Origin: Eledone cirrhosa
Taxonomy: Eukaryota
Reading direction: 5' to 3'
DNA length: 64,000 nt
Assembly (NCBI GenBank): GCA_964016885.1
Contig: OZ024742.1
Location: 192,572,001 to 192,636,000, forward strand
Part shown: positions 30,460 to 42,361 of the stretch, one piece after another
How the letters are laid out: each line of letters begins with the position of its first letter
How positions within the stretch are numbered: the first letter of the stretch is position 1
The notes under the pieces: model-generated
The model's database searches: none
What the model was told of the DNA's origin: nothing
Seen by the model: the letters and a program-made list of their open reading frames with translations, nothing else
Position numbers and translations under genes: made by a program

Positions 30460-32397
30460 TTTAAAATATCACCTACGTACGTTTCGCCCAGTTGGGCTTC
30501 TCAAGGGCATAAATAATCACAAGTGTTTCTTATATTGCTCGGAAAGAGTTTTTGGGGTTAAATCCACATCAAGGTTCATTGCTCGCAAAAATATCTTGTT
30601 TTGATTTTGCAGCAGGTCAAGGGAGGTAACTCTGGCCGGTGTTAGGGCAGTCTTTCCCGGACAAATTTTTTTTTTTTTTTTTTTGCCGCATCCGTTTGTC
30701 TGGTATGCAAGGATTGTTTTCTGGGTGTTATTTTGCAGCGCCTGCCCGCCGGGGTGTTAAGACTTGTTGCAGGGAGATCCAGTGTACTATTTCACTCTTC
30801 ATCCTTAACCCATCTGAAGAAGGATATTTTTAAGCGATGTGTACAACTTATCGCTGTTTCAGCTCTGCTGTTGATGAGCTCGTGGGGTGCAGTTATGATG
30901 TGGTAGAGCTCCATGAGGCAAATATCGCATTTCCTCTTGAAGTTGTACGGTGCAGCCCTGCCGACAATCTCCCAGTGCGTGGAGAAGCTAATGTTTAAGT
31001 CCTTTAGTGATGTGATGTAGTCCGCGAGCGAAGTGGAGTGCCTTAGTTTTCTATTTGTGAAAGAGTGGAGATGTGTTCGAAACCTAATTTTGAACGGGCC
31101 GGAGGTGGCCCCTATATAATGTTTAACGCTATTGTGGCTAGTAATAGTGCATCTATATATAACCCTATCAGTCAAGCAGTATCCTCTAAGGGGGCAGCGT
31201 CCTCTGTCGCGGCAGTTGAAATTTCTGTCGCGGTTCCGTCTATTTCCCACGGTAAGGCTATCATTGTTGCTGCCTACGTTGTTACCTACGCTACCGCAGC
31301 TGTCGTTAGCACAATTACAACCCACAGCACGCGGGATGGTGCGATTGTTATTCCGCACGTCATGTTCTGCATGTTCCCCAGTCATTTCGCGGTCATTCTG
31401 GTTGCGTCTGCGGATGCCGTTGCCAACACTATTGGATGCTGCCAGGGAGTTGTTAAGGCCGATATAGTTATTGTCAGGTGTAGGTGCGTCTGTGTCGAGG
31501 TGCTGTGTCTTGGTGATCTTACTGTGGTTCGTTGTTCCTATGATGTCTGCTAGGTTAGGAGTAGTAGAGAAGGATATTTTTATATTGTTCCTATTAAGAA
31601 TTTTTCTATACCTATGGTTGGGAGGGAAGTTCTTCTCTAAGGCTTCGAAGAACATCCGGGGTATGTTGGAGGCCACACTCCGAGAGTAGGGGGGTGGAAC
31701 CATAGGACGTTACGGTGGCGATTACGTGTCCTTGTACTTTTGCTACGGGTGGTTCCATCTAAGTGACCGCTCTTATGTGTGTTAATGTGCAGTCGCCCGT
31801 TCGGTGCCCCTTTCACTTTATGCTCGGGTGCACTCTTTCTACCTCTTCCATGTTTATGTACACGAAGATGTTGGTTGGAAGGCGTTGGTAGTAGGCCGTC
31901 GCCTTTGTTGGTTTTGTAATAGGGGAATAGTTTGAGTAATCTACAGTGTTCACCGTCGCCGGGGACGTGGTCTTTGGTGCGGTTATCTATTCTATTATAT
32001 CCGACTTCAACGAGGTCGCCGCGTGATCGGTTATAGGTATGGCTTACTATAACGTTAGTTTTATGAGGGGGTGGTTTCTAGAGCTAGCGTTAGGGATGTA
32101 GGAAATTCCTCGGTTAAAGCCGGCGCTTATCAGGGCCCTATTGTAGTAATCAGCCGCTTGGTTGAAGATATCCTCATTGGCGGATAGCCTCGAGATTCTA
32201 TGTGAGATACTATAGACTATGGAGTTGAGAGTCTGCTTAGGGTGGTTGGAGGCATAATTAATATAAGAGAGGCACTCTCCAGGCTTATGGTATGGCTTGT
32301 ATAGGCCCGTACTCAACTCCAGGGTCACGTCCAGGAAGTTGACAACCCTGTGGTTGAGGTCCATAGTTACGGATAGGCCGTATGACTTAAAGAACCT
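30460..32397 (-). mobile_element. 5'-truncated Naiad-like PLE with long low-complexity linkers
   Basis: VNFLDVTLEL..YHKP..SNHP (32047-32397); CRDRGRCPLRGYC, VIY..YIG, CDICLMEL..LINSRAE..CTH (30792-31703). Confidence 0.92.
30468..30510 (-). ncRNA. Hammerhead, U3-A8 variant, in PLE 3' UTR
   Basis: cc-TTGAGAA-gccc aact gggc-GAA-acgtacgt-A-gg; stem I is weak. Confidence 0.6.
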
Positions 32398-32564
32398 GTG
32401 TATATATATATATATATATATACATACACAGTATATACATATATATATGTGTGTGTGTGTGGGTGGGTGGTGGTGGTGGTGGTGGGGGGGGGGGGGGGGG
32501 CGTACGTATGTATGTGTGTATGTATGTATATGTAAAGTCACCTTTTGGTCTCGAATGACCATAG

Positions 32565-32860
32565 GGTTTGCACCTAGAAAGTTTCGTTTATGATGTACAA
32601 GTCCGAGTAAGCTTGCTTGTAGAAGACCAGCAGTCGCCCATGCATGCCTCCCCTCTCCATGCGACTGATGTCGTTCAAGAGAAAGGCAATGACCGATAAA
32701 GCTTGGCACAGTAACGTCGCAAATTATTTCTACAGATGAGTGAACTTGAACAACGTGAAATAATTGGTTTTGCACAAACACACATCGCAACGCCTGGTCG
32801 GGGAATAAAATTCACAACCTCACGATTGTTAGCCCAAAGCCCTAACCACTAAGCCACGCA
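32565..32860 (-). mobile_element. tRNA-derived SINE
   Basis: gtggcttagtggttagggc head and B-box-like region on the minus strand. Confidence 0.7.
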
Positions 32861-32909
32861 CCTTTACACACACATGCGCATGCACAGTCACTCCCTCACA
32901 CATACACAA

Positions 32910-32955
<46 letters not shown>

Positions 32956-32961
32956 TATATA

Positions 32962-33617
32962 CGTATTCTCACTGCATTTTAAGTTATCTTAAATAGCAAC
33001 TACACAGCCATTTCTATTCTCCATATATTTCGTCATGTTTTTCGCTGTGACCATTGTTCTCTCCCCTTCTACCTACCTATTTCGCCACTTTCTACTCTCA
33101 CCCCTCTTTCTTCCCCCCCTTTCTACCTATCTACTCTTACCCCACTTTCTTCCTCTCCCTTTCTCCCTCTCACTTTCACCCCCTCGCCTGACCTTTTAGC
33201 AGTTCTCTTCTCACTTACAACTGCGGCGATCGGATGTGTGTCTTGTTCCTCTTGACCACTCAGTCTTGAACTTAAGTTCTCTTATCGAGTGGTCTTGGAT
33301 TTCCTACCTATATTTGCTCGCACATTGCTTGGTTTGTTGTTTTTTTTTCGCTGTTTTGCTACTGTTTTCTCTTTTCTTGCCCTTTGCTTTCCTTCCTTCC
33401 TTCCTTCCTTCGTTTTCCCAATAACTTATCCAGTTATTGACGCCTTGGGCGGTAGATATCTTGTCTTTAAAGCGTAGAAATATCCGAGACGCTCAGTAGA
33501 CAACTGATGAGGAAAACTACCCCGCGCCCCGTTCTTGCTTTCTTCGTATTCCCACTGCATTTTAAGTTACCTTAAATAGCAACTACAGAGCCATTTCTAT
33601 TGTGCATATTTTTCATT
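32962..33617 (+). mobile_element. ~583 bp partial-tandem pLTR/retrozyme-like unit between (TA)n tracts
   Basis: 32964-33018 is repeated at 33547-33601; contains the permuted HHR. Confidence 0.7.
33446..33510 (+). ncRNA. Candidate non-circularly permuted (pseudoknotted) hammerhead ribozyme, copy 2
   Basis: tgggcg gta gatat-C-ttgtct-ttaaagcgta-GAA-atatc cgaga cgctca gt agacaa-CTGATGA. Confidence 0.7.
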
Positions 33618-33929
33618 ATATATATATATATGGGTGTCTGTGATCTATATACACTGGTCATAGATACACACACACACACACACACAGATATATATATATA
33701 AGAGACTTGGGTAATAAGAAAATAACTAAATAGCTCTGTAGCTTACATAGAGCACTCTCCTTTCCTTTACCCTTCCTACGGAAATAATTGACACATATAT
33801 ACACACACAACAGCAGCACCATCTCTCTATCTTTCTCTTCTATTCTCCTTTTCTGTCTCCTCTCCCTCTCTCTATGTCTCACTTTCAATCTACTCTCTCA
33901 CAACCACTATCTCTTTCTCTCTCTCTGTT

Positions 33930-34671
33930 TATGAAGGTACCCAGAAACCCCATATCTCGGTATCCCGTGCTTCGATTTACGCGAAACTTCTTTTATTCCA
34001 TTTGTATTCCCATTTCAGGGACAACTGGCTTTCAAAGACACGAGTTGAGACAACAATGACGGCTGGAGCCCCGTAATATAGGAGTTGAGACAGCAATGAC
34101 GGCTGGACCCCCGTAGGACAGGAGTTGAGACAACAATCACGGCTGGACCCCCGTAAAACAGGAGTTGAGACAACAATGACGGCTGGAGACCCGTAAAACA
34201 GGAGTTGATACAACAATGACGGCTGGAGCCCGTAAGACAGGAGTTGAGACAACAATGACGGCTGGAGCCCTATAAACAGGAGGTTAGACAACAATGACGG
34301 CTGGAGTCCCGTAAGACGGAGTTGAGACAATAATGACGGCTGGAGCCCCGTAAGACAGGAGTTGAGACAACAATAACGGCTGGAGCCCCGTAAGACAGGA
34401 GTTGAGACAACAATGACGGCTGGAGACCCGTAAGATAGGAGTTGAGACAACAATAACGGCTGGAGAAACGTAAAACACGAGTTGAGACAACAATGACGAC
34501 TGCAGCCCCGTAAGACAGGATTTTAGACAACAATGATGGCTGGAGGCCCGTACGACAGGAGTTGAGACAGCAATGACGGCTGGCGCCCCTTATGCGCCCT
34601 TTTGGCTGTATTGTATTGCATTACATACAAGCAAACAGGCAAGCAATCACAGCCTTTTAGTAATATATAGA
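33930..34671 (-). mobile_element. Possible non-autonomous Helitron carrying the minisatellite
   Basis: Minus strand starts a|TCTATATATTACTAAAAGGCTG followed by tetranucleotide-like repeats; 3' CTRR end not identified. Confidence 0.45.
34041..34590. repeat. ~40 bp minisatellite, ~14 copies
   Basis: Unit gagttgagacaacaatgacggctggagccccgtaagacag. Confidence 0.97.
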
Positions 34672-34849
34672 TATATATATAATATGTAAGCAAAATTATA
34701 TAATTAAGTAAAAGACAAACAAGTCCTCTTTTCTAGGAAATGAGGTATAGATGTTTAGACACTACGTACTTTCTCCTCTATTCGTAGAACTGTCTCAAAC
34801 GACGGCCCTACACAACAACAACAACGAAAAACAATTATTATTATGTGAA

Positions 34850-35395
34850 TTGGCAGTATCGGTAGAGGGTTGGACGCCATGCTTTCTAGCATAGTTGCGT
34901 CCCCTTACAGTCTGAGTGCAAATCCCGCCGAGGTTAATTTTGCCTTTCATCCTTACGGGGTCGATAAAATAAAGTACCAGTAATGTACTGGGTTATTGCT
35001 GGCCTTGTGCCTAAAGTAGAAACAATTATTATAATATGATCTGAGTTCAAATCCGGCCGAGGTTAACTTTGCCTTTCATCCATATGGGGTCGAATAATTA
35101 AAGTCACACACTGGGATCGATTTAATCGACTTTCCCCTTCCCAAAAATTACTGGCCTTGTGCCTATAAAAGAAACCATTATAATAATGGTTTCTTCTTTA
35201 GGCACAAGGCCAACAATTGTGGGAGAGGGGTAAGTCGAATAAACCGACCACAGTGCATTACTGGTGCTTTATTTTACGACCTCGTAAGGATGAAAGGCAA
35301 AGTTAACCTCGGCGGGATTTGAACTCGTAACGCAAAGGGGCGTAACGTTATGCAATGAAGCATGGTGTTCGACGCTCTAACGATACTGCCAATCC
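34850..35395. mobile_element. Cluster of three SINE copies (+,+,-)
   Basis: Shared core at ~34940, ~35070 and inverted at ~35290. Confidence 0.8.
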
Positions 35396-35562
35396 ATAAA
35401 TGACAAAAATGTAGGTGATTGTTCTCTATTATTCTATATAAGTAAGAAAGTATACATTAATAGATTTATACAAGTAAGGGTCATAGACTTCACCCAGAGT
35501 GAATCAAAATCGAACGTAAAAAAAATGACTATAATTATTTTTTGTCTGAGCGTCTCCAAAGT

Positions 35563-35597
<35 letters not shown>

Positions 35598-35800
35598 ATG
35601 TATGTATATATATTCACACACACACAAACATATATACGTACACGCACACGTAAAAAAAAAAAAATATATATATGTGTGTGTATATATTATCCATATGGCA
35701 TTCACACACCAACATAAATATATATAAATATATATTTACATTTATACACACACGCATACTTTGTATTTTGACTCCTTGTGTTTGTTCTGTTTTATTTATC

Positions 35801-35898
<98 letters not shown>

Positions 35899-36164
35899 GT
35901 ATACAATCACACACACATATATATATATTTCCATCAGAGTTTATCCAACCATACGGTTCGGTCAATCGATGATATAGAGACTACGATAATTGGTGACATT
36001 GATCAGCCAAGTCAGATTTGCTTCTTTACAATTTCTTGAGAAATCTATTGAGGTAGTAGTGGCAGTATCATTTCTATTGAATATATCTTATTCGATTTTA
36101 AGTAGCAAACATTTCATCCGTTGTGAACACTTTATTAATATAGCTTTTCTATCTATCTATTTAT

Positions 36165-36405
36165 CTGTAGGTTGAAGAGCAAAAGGAAGAAGGGAGCACT
36201 TGCACAAAACGCTCTTGAAGTTGAGGGTTGTTCTATCGACGGGGTATTAAACAACCCATTTGTGGCACCGCCTCCCTCTATTGGGGATTTCGATTGTTTA
36301 ATTTGTTTGTTTCAATATTTTTACCCGATTGTATGTAAAATTCCCGGCATGTGTCTTTGTTTTGTTCCCTTTTCTTGTGCGCCCTTGTGGCAAATAAAGA
36401 AATAT
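36165..36405 (+). mobile_element. Severely 5'-truncated Tx1 copy (3' UTR only)
   Basis: Similar to 41954-42222; ends gtggcaaataaagaa then (TATC)n. Confidence 0.7.
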
Positions 36406-36415
36406 ATCTATTTAC

Positions 36416-36485
<70 letters not shown>

Positions 36486-36702
36486 CTGGGATGGACACAC
36501 GCGTATAACTTGCTGAGTAAGTTCTGTTTAAATTTATATAGAAATTCTTGTCTGATAACTTTAATTTTTGTACCATTTTGTAGAGGGACTGCCAGGTCAA
36601 ACTTTGATCTGGTCAGTCCCTCAAAATATTCTACGCCTTTAGGCGAAATAGTTAAACAAAAAAAAAAAAGTTTTTTCTTGTTGAAAAGTCAATATTTTTT
36701 AA

Positions 36703-38496
36703 ATGGCTGAAGCTTCTTCACCAAAATTCGAAGGAGGAAAGGGGAAGATGAACTTACAGCTTCCCCCTGCCACTGTCACAGTAGCAGAGGTCAAGAAGAA
36801 AGGTCAGCCAGAGGAAGAATTCTCTCCACCTGTTAACCGACAACTTGACGTTGCCATGGCAACAACCCAAAGAACCAGCAGCAACAGCAACAACAACAAC
36901 AATGCGACGGACGAAAACAACACCAATAACAATAACAATAACAACAACAACAAGACCAATAACGGTGACAACAACAACAATGATAACAACAACACCACCA
37001 ACGACAACAACAACACAAACAAACAAAATTTCTCCTTCGCCGAGACGACAAGGAAAACCCTCGACTATCTGCCAGTAGATATAACAAAAGCGAAGGAGCT
37101 ACTGGCGGATGCGAAAAAATATATAGTGTACGGGGAAAATGGTTCATTCACAATCCATTCCCCCCCGAAACTAAAAAGCCAGAGACTCCTAAACACGGTC
37201 ATGTTTAGGACAATCTCGAACAAAAGTAAAAAACCAGCTCAACCATCACAGAGCGAGATAGAGCTGGTTTTAAAAGACGTCATGAAGGACATCACCTTCA
37301 TTCAGAAGGATAGACTCTACGGGAGTCTATCCATTCTCATGAAGGACAGGGACACAGCAGTGAAACTGTCCATCAAACCAATCACATCCACCGCATACAC
37401 CTTCTACCCTACGTACATGGGTAGAAGAACACAAAAAATAAAAATCCGCACCATCCTGCCGATTATGGACATATGGTGGGTTTTGACAGGTTTTCTGGAC
37501 CTGGAGGATGACATGCTGGTGTCCATGGGAAAGGCATCGGGTGACGCGTTCAGTGGAACGAGCCTCGAACTTGTAGTTCAAATGAGGCCCGAAAGGATCG
37601 CCCAGATCCCTGAACGCGTCATACTGGATGATCTAACCTTCATCAACATTACCGTTGAGGGTAGACGGCCCTCGTGTTACCTCTGCGGAACCAGAGGTCA
37701 CCTGAGGGCTGTCTGTCCCCAACTTAATAAGAAAACCCCAATCCTGCCTACACCACCAACAACTGCACAACCAACACAATCACCACAACTACCACTACAA
37801 AAACAACCACCACAGCTCAAACCAAAACAAAACAATGTCCAACCCATCCCCTCCACTCAAAAAACAAAAACAATTTCCAAAACACCCGTACCGCAAACAC
37901 AACCCGAAAATATACCCCTCCCCTCCAACGCGGAAGATGACCCTAGTTCGTCGTCAGACGAGGAGGAGCACTTCCACACAATCAAAAGAAAAAAAAGAAA
38001 ACACACCTCAGACACACAAATGAAAACAACCCCTCCCCAAAACATAACACTGACACCAACACAAAAGAGCTCACAACAACAGCAAACAAAAAACACCACA
38101 CAAAAACAAAAACATGCATACACATACATAAATACAAGAAACAAAAAACTGTTAAACATTGTGTACAACAACAATCTAATAAAAACACAAGGGCCTAACT
38201 TCACCCAGGCAGGGGATTTCCCCCACCTCAAAATGATTAAGGCCCCACAGGACACCTATAAAACTTTAAAAAACAATTTTAAAGAGGACGTGGGTCCCCC
38301 CTGCGTCGGGCCCATTAACCGCGTCCTCCTAAAAAACTATCCCACCCCCTCCCCAAACACCCACACAACTCCAAGCTCCCCAACCACACAACACGCTGAT
38401 GCCCCCACACTTCCACAAACCACCACCCCACCCAACAACCCATCCCCCACCCTAATGGAAATTGTGCAGCCCGATACCCGGGACGCAGAGAGGTAA
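36703..38496 (+). CDS. LINE ORF1 protein with CCHC zinc knuckle
   Basis: 597 aa open frame; CYLCGTRGHLRAVC; basic KRKKRK; Asn-rich tract. Confidence 0.88.
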   Translation: MAEASSPKFEGGKGKMNLQLPPATVTVAEVKKKGQPEEEFSPPVNRQLDVAMATTQRTSSNSNNNNNATDENNTNNNNNNNNNKTNNGDNNNNDNNNTTNDNNNTNKQNFSFAETTRKTLDYLPVDITKAKELLADAKKYIVYGENGSFTIHSPPKLKSQRLLNTVMFRTISNKSKKPAQPSQSEIELVLKDVMKDITFIQKDRLYGSLSILMKDRDTAVKLSIKPITSTAYTFYPTYMGRRTQKIKIRTILPIMDIWWVLTGFLDLEDDMLVSMGKASGDAFSGTSLELVVQMRPERIAQIPERVILDDLTFINITVEGRRPSCYLCGTRGHLRAVCPQLNKKTPILPTPPTTAQPTQSPQLPLQKQPPQLKPKQNNVQPIPSTQKTKTISKTPVPQTQPENIPLPSNAEDDPSSSSDEEEHFHTIKRKKRKHTSDTQMKTTPPQNITLTPTQKSSQQQQTKNTTQKQKHAYTYINTRNKKLLNIVYNNNLIKTQGPNFTQAGDFPHLKMIKAPQDTYKTLKNNFKEDVGPPCVGPINRVLLKNYPTPSPNTHTTPSSPTTQHADAPTLPQTTTPPNNPSPTLMEIVQPDTRDAER

Positions 38497-38520
38497 GTGC
38501 CTTTTCTCTTCACCACCAAC

Positions 38521-41500
38521 ATGGCTATGCTAAGAGTAGGCTGTTTAAATGCGCGTGGCCTGGGCTCAACTTGGAAGCAAGCAATGCTTCTAAATGACCT
38601 CAGGTCACAACGTATAGATGTGATGGTTATTTGCGAGGCCCGGATCAGCAACGTGCGACAGCTGGCCCCCACCTTTGATGACTTTGAGATGCACGCATCT
38701 CTCTGTCAGCCCGGAGGTGGGGGTGGAGTTGTCGTTCTGCTGCAAAAACATCTGGGTCTCGCAACACAGATGGTACATTTGGACCCGGAGGGTCGACTAG
38801 TGGTTCTGGACCTTGGCAGTGGTAAAGGCGGAGCGTTTAGGTTGGTAGCCGCCTACGGCCCTTTCGGGTCAATGCGGCCGGACTTCTTCCATCGTCTGGA
38901 GACTTTTCTAGGGACGTCCCGCTCCTTGCTATTAGTGGGGGACTGGAATGGTATCCTAGATGCACGCTGGGACTACGTAGGGGCCTGCCCCGATAGAGGG
39001 GGGTGTAATAGCCTCAAAGGGTTAATCGGTCGATTTGACCTGGCCCATAGATATTGACTAGATTTTCCGACTGCGCCAACCTGGACTTGGGCAAATCGTA
39101 GCGGATCATCTAGGTCGTACCTAGATAGGTTCTTAGTTAGAATTAAGGATAAGGACTTTTTAAGTTGTCCAAAAATGCGCATGGTTGGCTATTCAGACCA
39201 CAAATTAGTGACCTGCATGGTCAACCTTGACAGAACTCATAGACAGGGCCCCGGTTGCTGGAAGCTCAACTTGTCCTTGCCGGCAAGTAGAGCCTACAGG
39301 AATCGGATTAGTACGTTAGTTAAGGAACGGTTGACTGGAGCGATCGTCAACAGCAGGTGGTGGGTATCTCTAAAGAGAGAGATTAGAGTAGTCTCGATTG
39401 AATTTAGTAAGGTTCTAGCTGCGGATAGGAATAGGAAGGAAAGGGAGCTAATAGATAGAGTAGAAGAGGCAATTAGAAGCGGCGACGTGGCCAGAGTGCT
39501 AGCGTCGAGAACGGCTTTGAGCCAGTTTTTCGACGCGAAGCACGAAGGCTGCGTTGTCCGAAGTAAAATACGTGCTCTAGGGAACGAGGGGACTAAAGCT
39601 GTTAGCTGGGCCCGCGTGACAGAGGCCAACAGTGGAACTAAATCCACCATCCGGTCTTTGCGAGACCTGGATGGACGGGCGATTCTTGAGCCTAAGCAGA
39701 TGTGTGAGGCCTTTCAAAGGCACTTTGCCCGACTGTTCGGGAGGGGCGGGGAGCCGGTTGGGAACGTGGACTTCGGTCCATACCTCGACGGCCTGCCGCG
39801 CCTCTCGGACAGGGAGGCGAAGTCCTGCGAGGAGCCGATTTCGGCCGCTGAGATAGAGGACGTGCTGAGCCAATGCGGCAAACGCAAATCCCCGGGTCTC
39901 GATGGTCTTCCTTACGAATTATATCTAGCTATGCCGGACTTGTTCCCCGATCTCCTCGAGGCGGTCTACTGCAACTGGCAACAGAACGGGAGAATTCCCT
40001 GTACTGTGACCAAGGGCGTAGTCACGCTAGTGAGGAAGGACGAGAACAAGGGGGACGAAATAAGTAACTTCAGGCCCATAACACTGCTAAATACAGAGTT
40101 ACAGATTTTGGCCAAGGTGCTAGCAAAGAGGTTGGCGCTTGTCGTGGGCAACCTGGTGGGAGATGCGCAGACATGCGCTATCCCGTCCAGGTCCATCCAT
40201 GACAACCTCCACCTCATGCGATACATCATAGAGAGGGTTGGGAACGAACCCGGCTTTGGTGGGGCTCTGATCAACTTGGATCAATCTAAGGCGTTCGATA
40301 GGGTCGACCATGGTTACCTGGATGCGGTGCTAGCGGCGGCAGGCTTCGGACCCGTTTTCAGGGGCTGGATCACTGCTATGCACAGCAGCCGCATCTGCTC
40401 TAGGGTCAAGGTGAACGGCTACCTCTCGGAGCCGTTCAAAATCGCGCGGTCCATCCGACAAGGGTGCCCTCTCTCCTCCCTTCTGTATGTGTTGACTCTC
40501 GAGCCACTACTGCGGAAGTTGGAGTTGTTGCAGGGCATCCCTTTGGAACCGGGATTGCGGAAAGCGGTGTCGGCCTACGCCGATGACGTGACAGTAATGG
40601 TGTCGACGGCCTCCGAAATCGAGGCGGTCGGCACCTTACTGGAGGAGTACGAAAAGTTCACAGGGGCTAAGCTGAACCGGGACAAGTCGATCGGTTTGCA
40701 ACTCGGCACGTGGAGGGGCAGACCGATGCCCTCCGATGGCGTCGTCGGACGCTAGACGGAGGGCCCGGTGAAGTTGCTCGGGGTCTGGTTCGGACCGGAC
40801 CTCCAGGTGGAGAAAAACTGGGCGGAGGTTACGAACAGGGTGTTTGCACTGACCCAGAAGTGGGCCAGTTGCAAACTATCCCTGAAAGGTCGGGCGGAGG
40901 TGGCGAACACCTACATAGCGTCCGTCATCTACTACCGCCTGACCGTAGTGCCCTGCCCAAGGGAAACCCTCACCAAGATGGAGCGCGCGCTCTTCCAATT
41001 CCTTTGGAAGAGGCGAGCTCCTATGGTGAGGAGATCCATCTGCTGTCAACACCCTTCGAAAGGAGGGCTGGGGATGCCGTGGCTAATGATGCGTAAACAC
41101 GCATTAAGGCTACGGCACCTCTACGTATTCCTCACCGGACAACCGGTGTGGGCCTCGTTTGTGAGACGAACCTTTCCCAGACTCGTCTCACTCACCGAGC
41201 TGCAATCCTGGGTCAAGCAAAGACCGAGAAAACTGGGCGCCTGGCACACTGAGTGTGCCCAGGCGCTCACCGCCCTCTGGCAGGCGGATCCGGTTATCAG
41301 TGGAGACTCCACCGCAACATTCTATAGAGGGCTGGTACGCAGCAGGTGCGACGACGCCCTCGGAGAAGCCCTAGACATGGAGGAGGACGAACTGGCCGGC
41401 CTGTTCGGTAGGACATTCAGCCCGGGACCTATGGACAACTTCCAGAAGTCCCTGGCCTGGCAGTGCTACCGAGGAGCTTTACCCGTTCGAGAAAGGCTCT

Positions 41501-41959
41501 ACAGACACGGGCGCCCGGGTAGGGACCCCGCCAAAAAGATCTGTCCCAGATGCGTGTGCGACGAGGAAACCGTTGCACACGCATTGGTACACTGCTCGGG
41601 CGTAGGCCGATCTGTGGGGCTATGTCGAACAACTGCTGTCAAGGGTGGGACCGATCCGGTTGACCACCGAGTCTATTGTAATGATCAAGCCGCCTCCCCC
41701 CTTCAAAGATGAAGCAGAGGCGGTGTTTCTGTGCGTAATAGCCATGGCGAAAGAGGTTGTATGGTGGACGCGTCTGAAAGGACTGAGGTCAGGCACCTTT
41801 CTCTCTGGCCAACAACTGGTCCGTTTCTTCCGATATCATTTCGGAAGAAGGATCAGGATGGAGAGAGAGGTGCTGCACCCCAGTCGTTTTTATGAAAGGT
41901 GGGTGAAAGTGGCGAGAATGGCCCGTGTGAATGGGCCTTCTCTTTACATAAGCCTGTAG
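38521..41959 (+). pseudogene. LINE ORF2 (APE endonuclease, RT, C-terminal Zn motif), disabled
   Basis: LNARGL, VGDWN, SYLDR, SDHK; SPGLDG, FRPITLLN, KAFD, RQGCPLS, YADD; CPRC..ET..H..HC; stops at 39055 and 40753, frameshift at ~41605. Confidence 0.95.
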
Positions 41960-42361
41960 GTGGAAAAGAGGAAGGAACGAGGGAGCACCCCCTCTCTGTG
42001 CTCCTGAGGAAAAGGGTTGCACACTTTTTTCGTGGGTGTGTGCGACCCCCCAAGGCGCCTCCTCTTTATTGAGGATTTTGTTATAAATTTTATTTTTTGT
42101 TATATCTTATTTTATTTTTATATTTTGTTATTGCCTCCTCCTTATTGAGGACGCCTTTTTGTGTAAACTCCCCCCTTTGTACTTGTCCCACTTTTGATGC
42201 CCTAGTGGCAAATAAAAGAAACATATCTATCTATCTATCTATCTATCTATTTGTTATATATTAATAGTTTTATTTTCATATACCTGTATGTAAACTCCCC
42301 ATTTGTATTTGTCCCCTTCTTTTGTGCCCTTGTGCCTAATAAAGAAATTTATCTATCTATC

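Larger units (their letters stand above)
36488..42222 (+). mobile_element. Near full-length Tx1/L1-clade LINE in (TATC)n
   Basis: ORF1 plus APE-RT ORF2 plus 3' UTR; (TATC)n on both sides. Confidence 0.93.

Noticed and set aside
33451-33521. Reading the 33446 motif as an ordinary type III hammerhead using GAAA after CUGAUGA-G
   Set aside because: It would lack stem II, stem III pairs poorly, and the 26870 copy has no GAAA there; the permuted model fits both copies
34041-34590. CRISPR-like regular array
   Set aside because: Contiguous tandem units with no unique spacers, no cas genes, eukaryotic context
41612-41645. Programmed readthrough or frameshift in Tx1 ORF2 near 41605
   Set aside because: The lesions are single-base changes at Arg/Trp codons and a 1-bp insertion, typical of post-insertion decay
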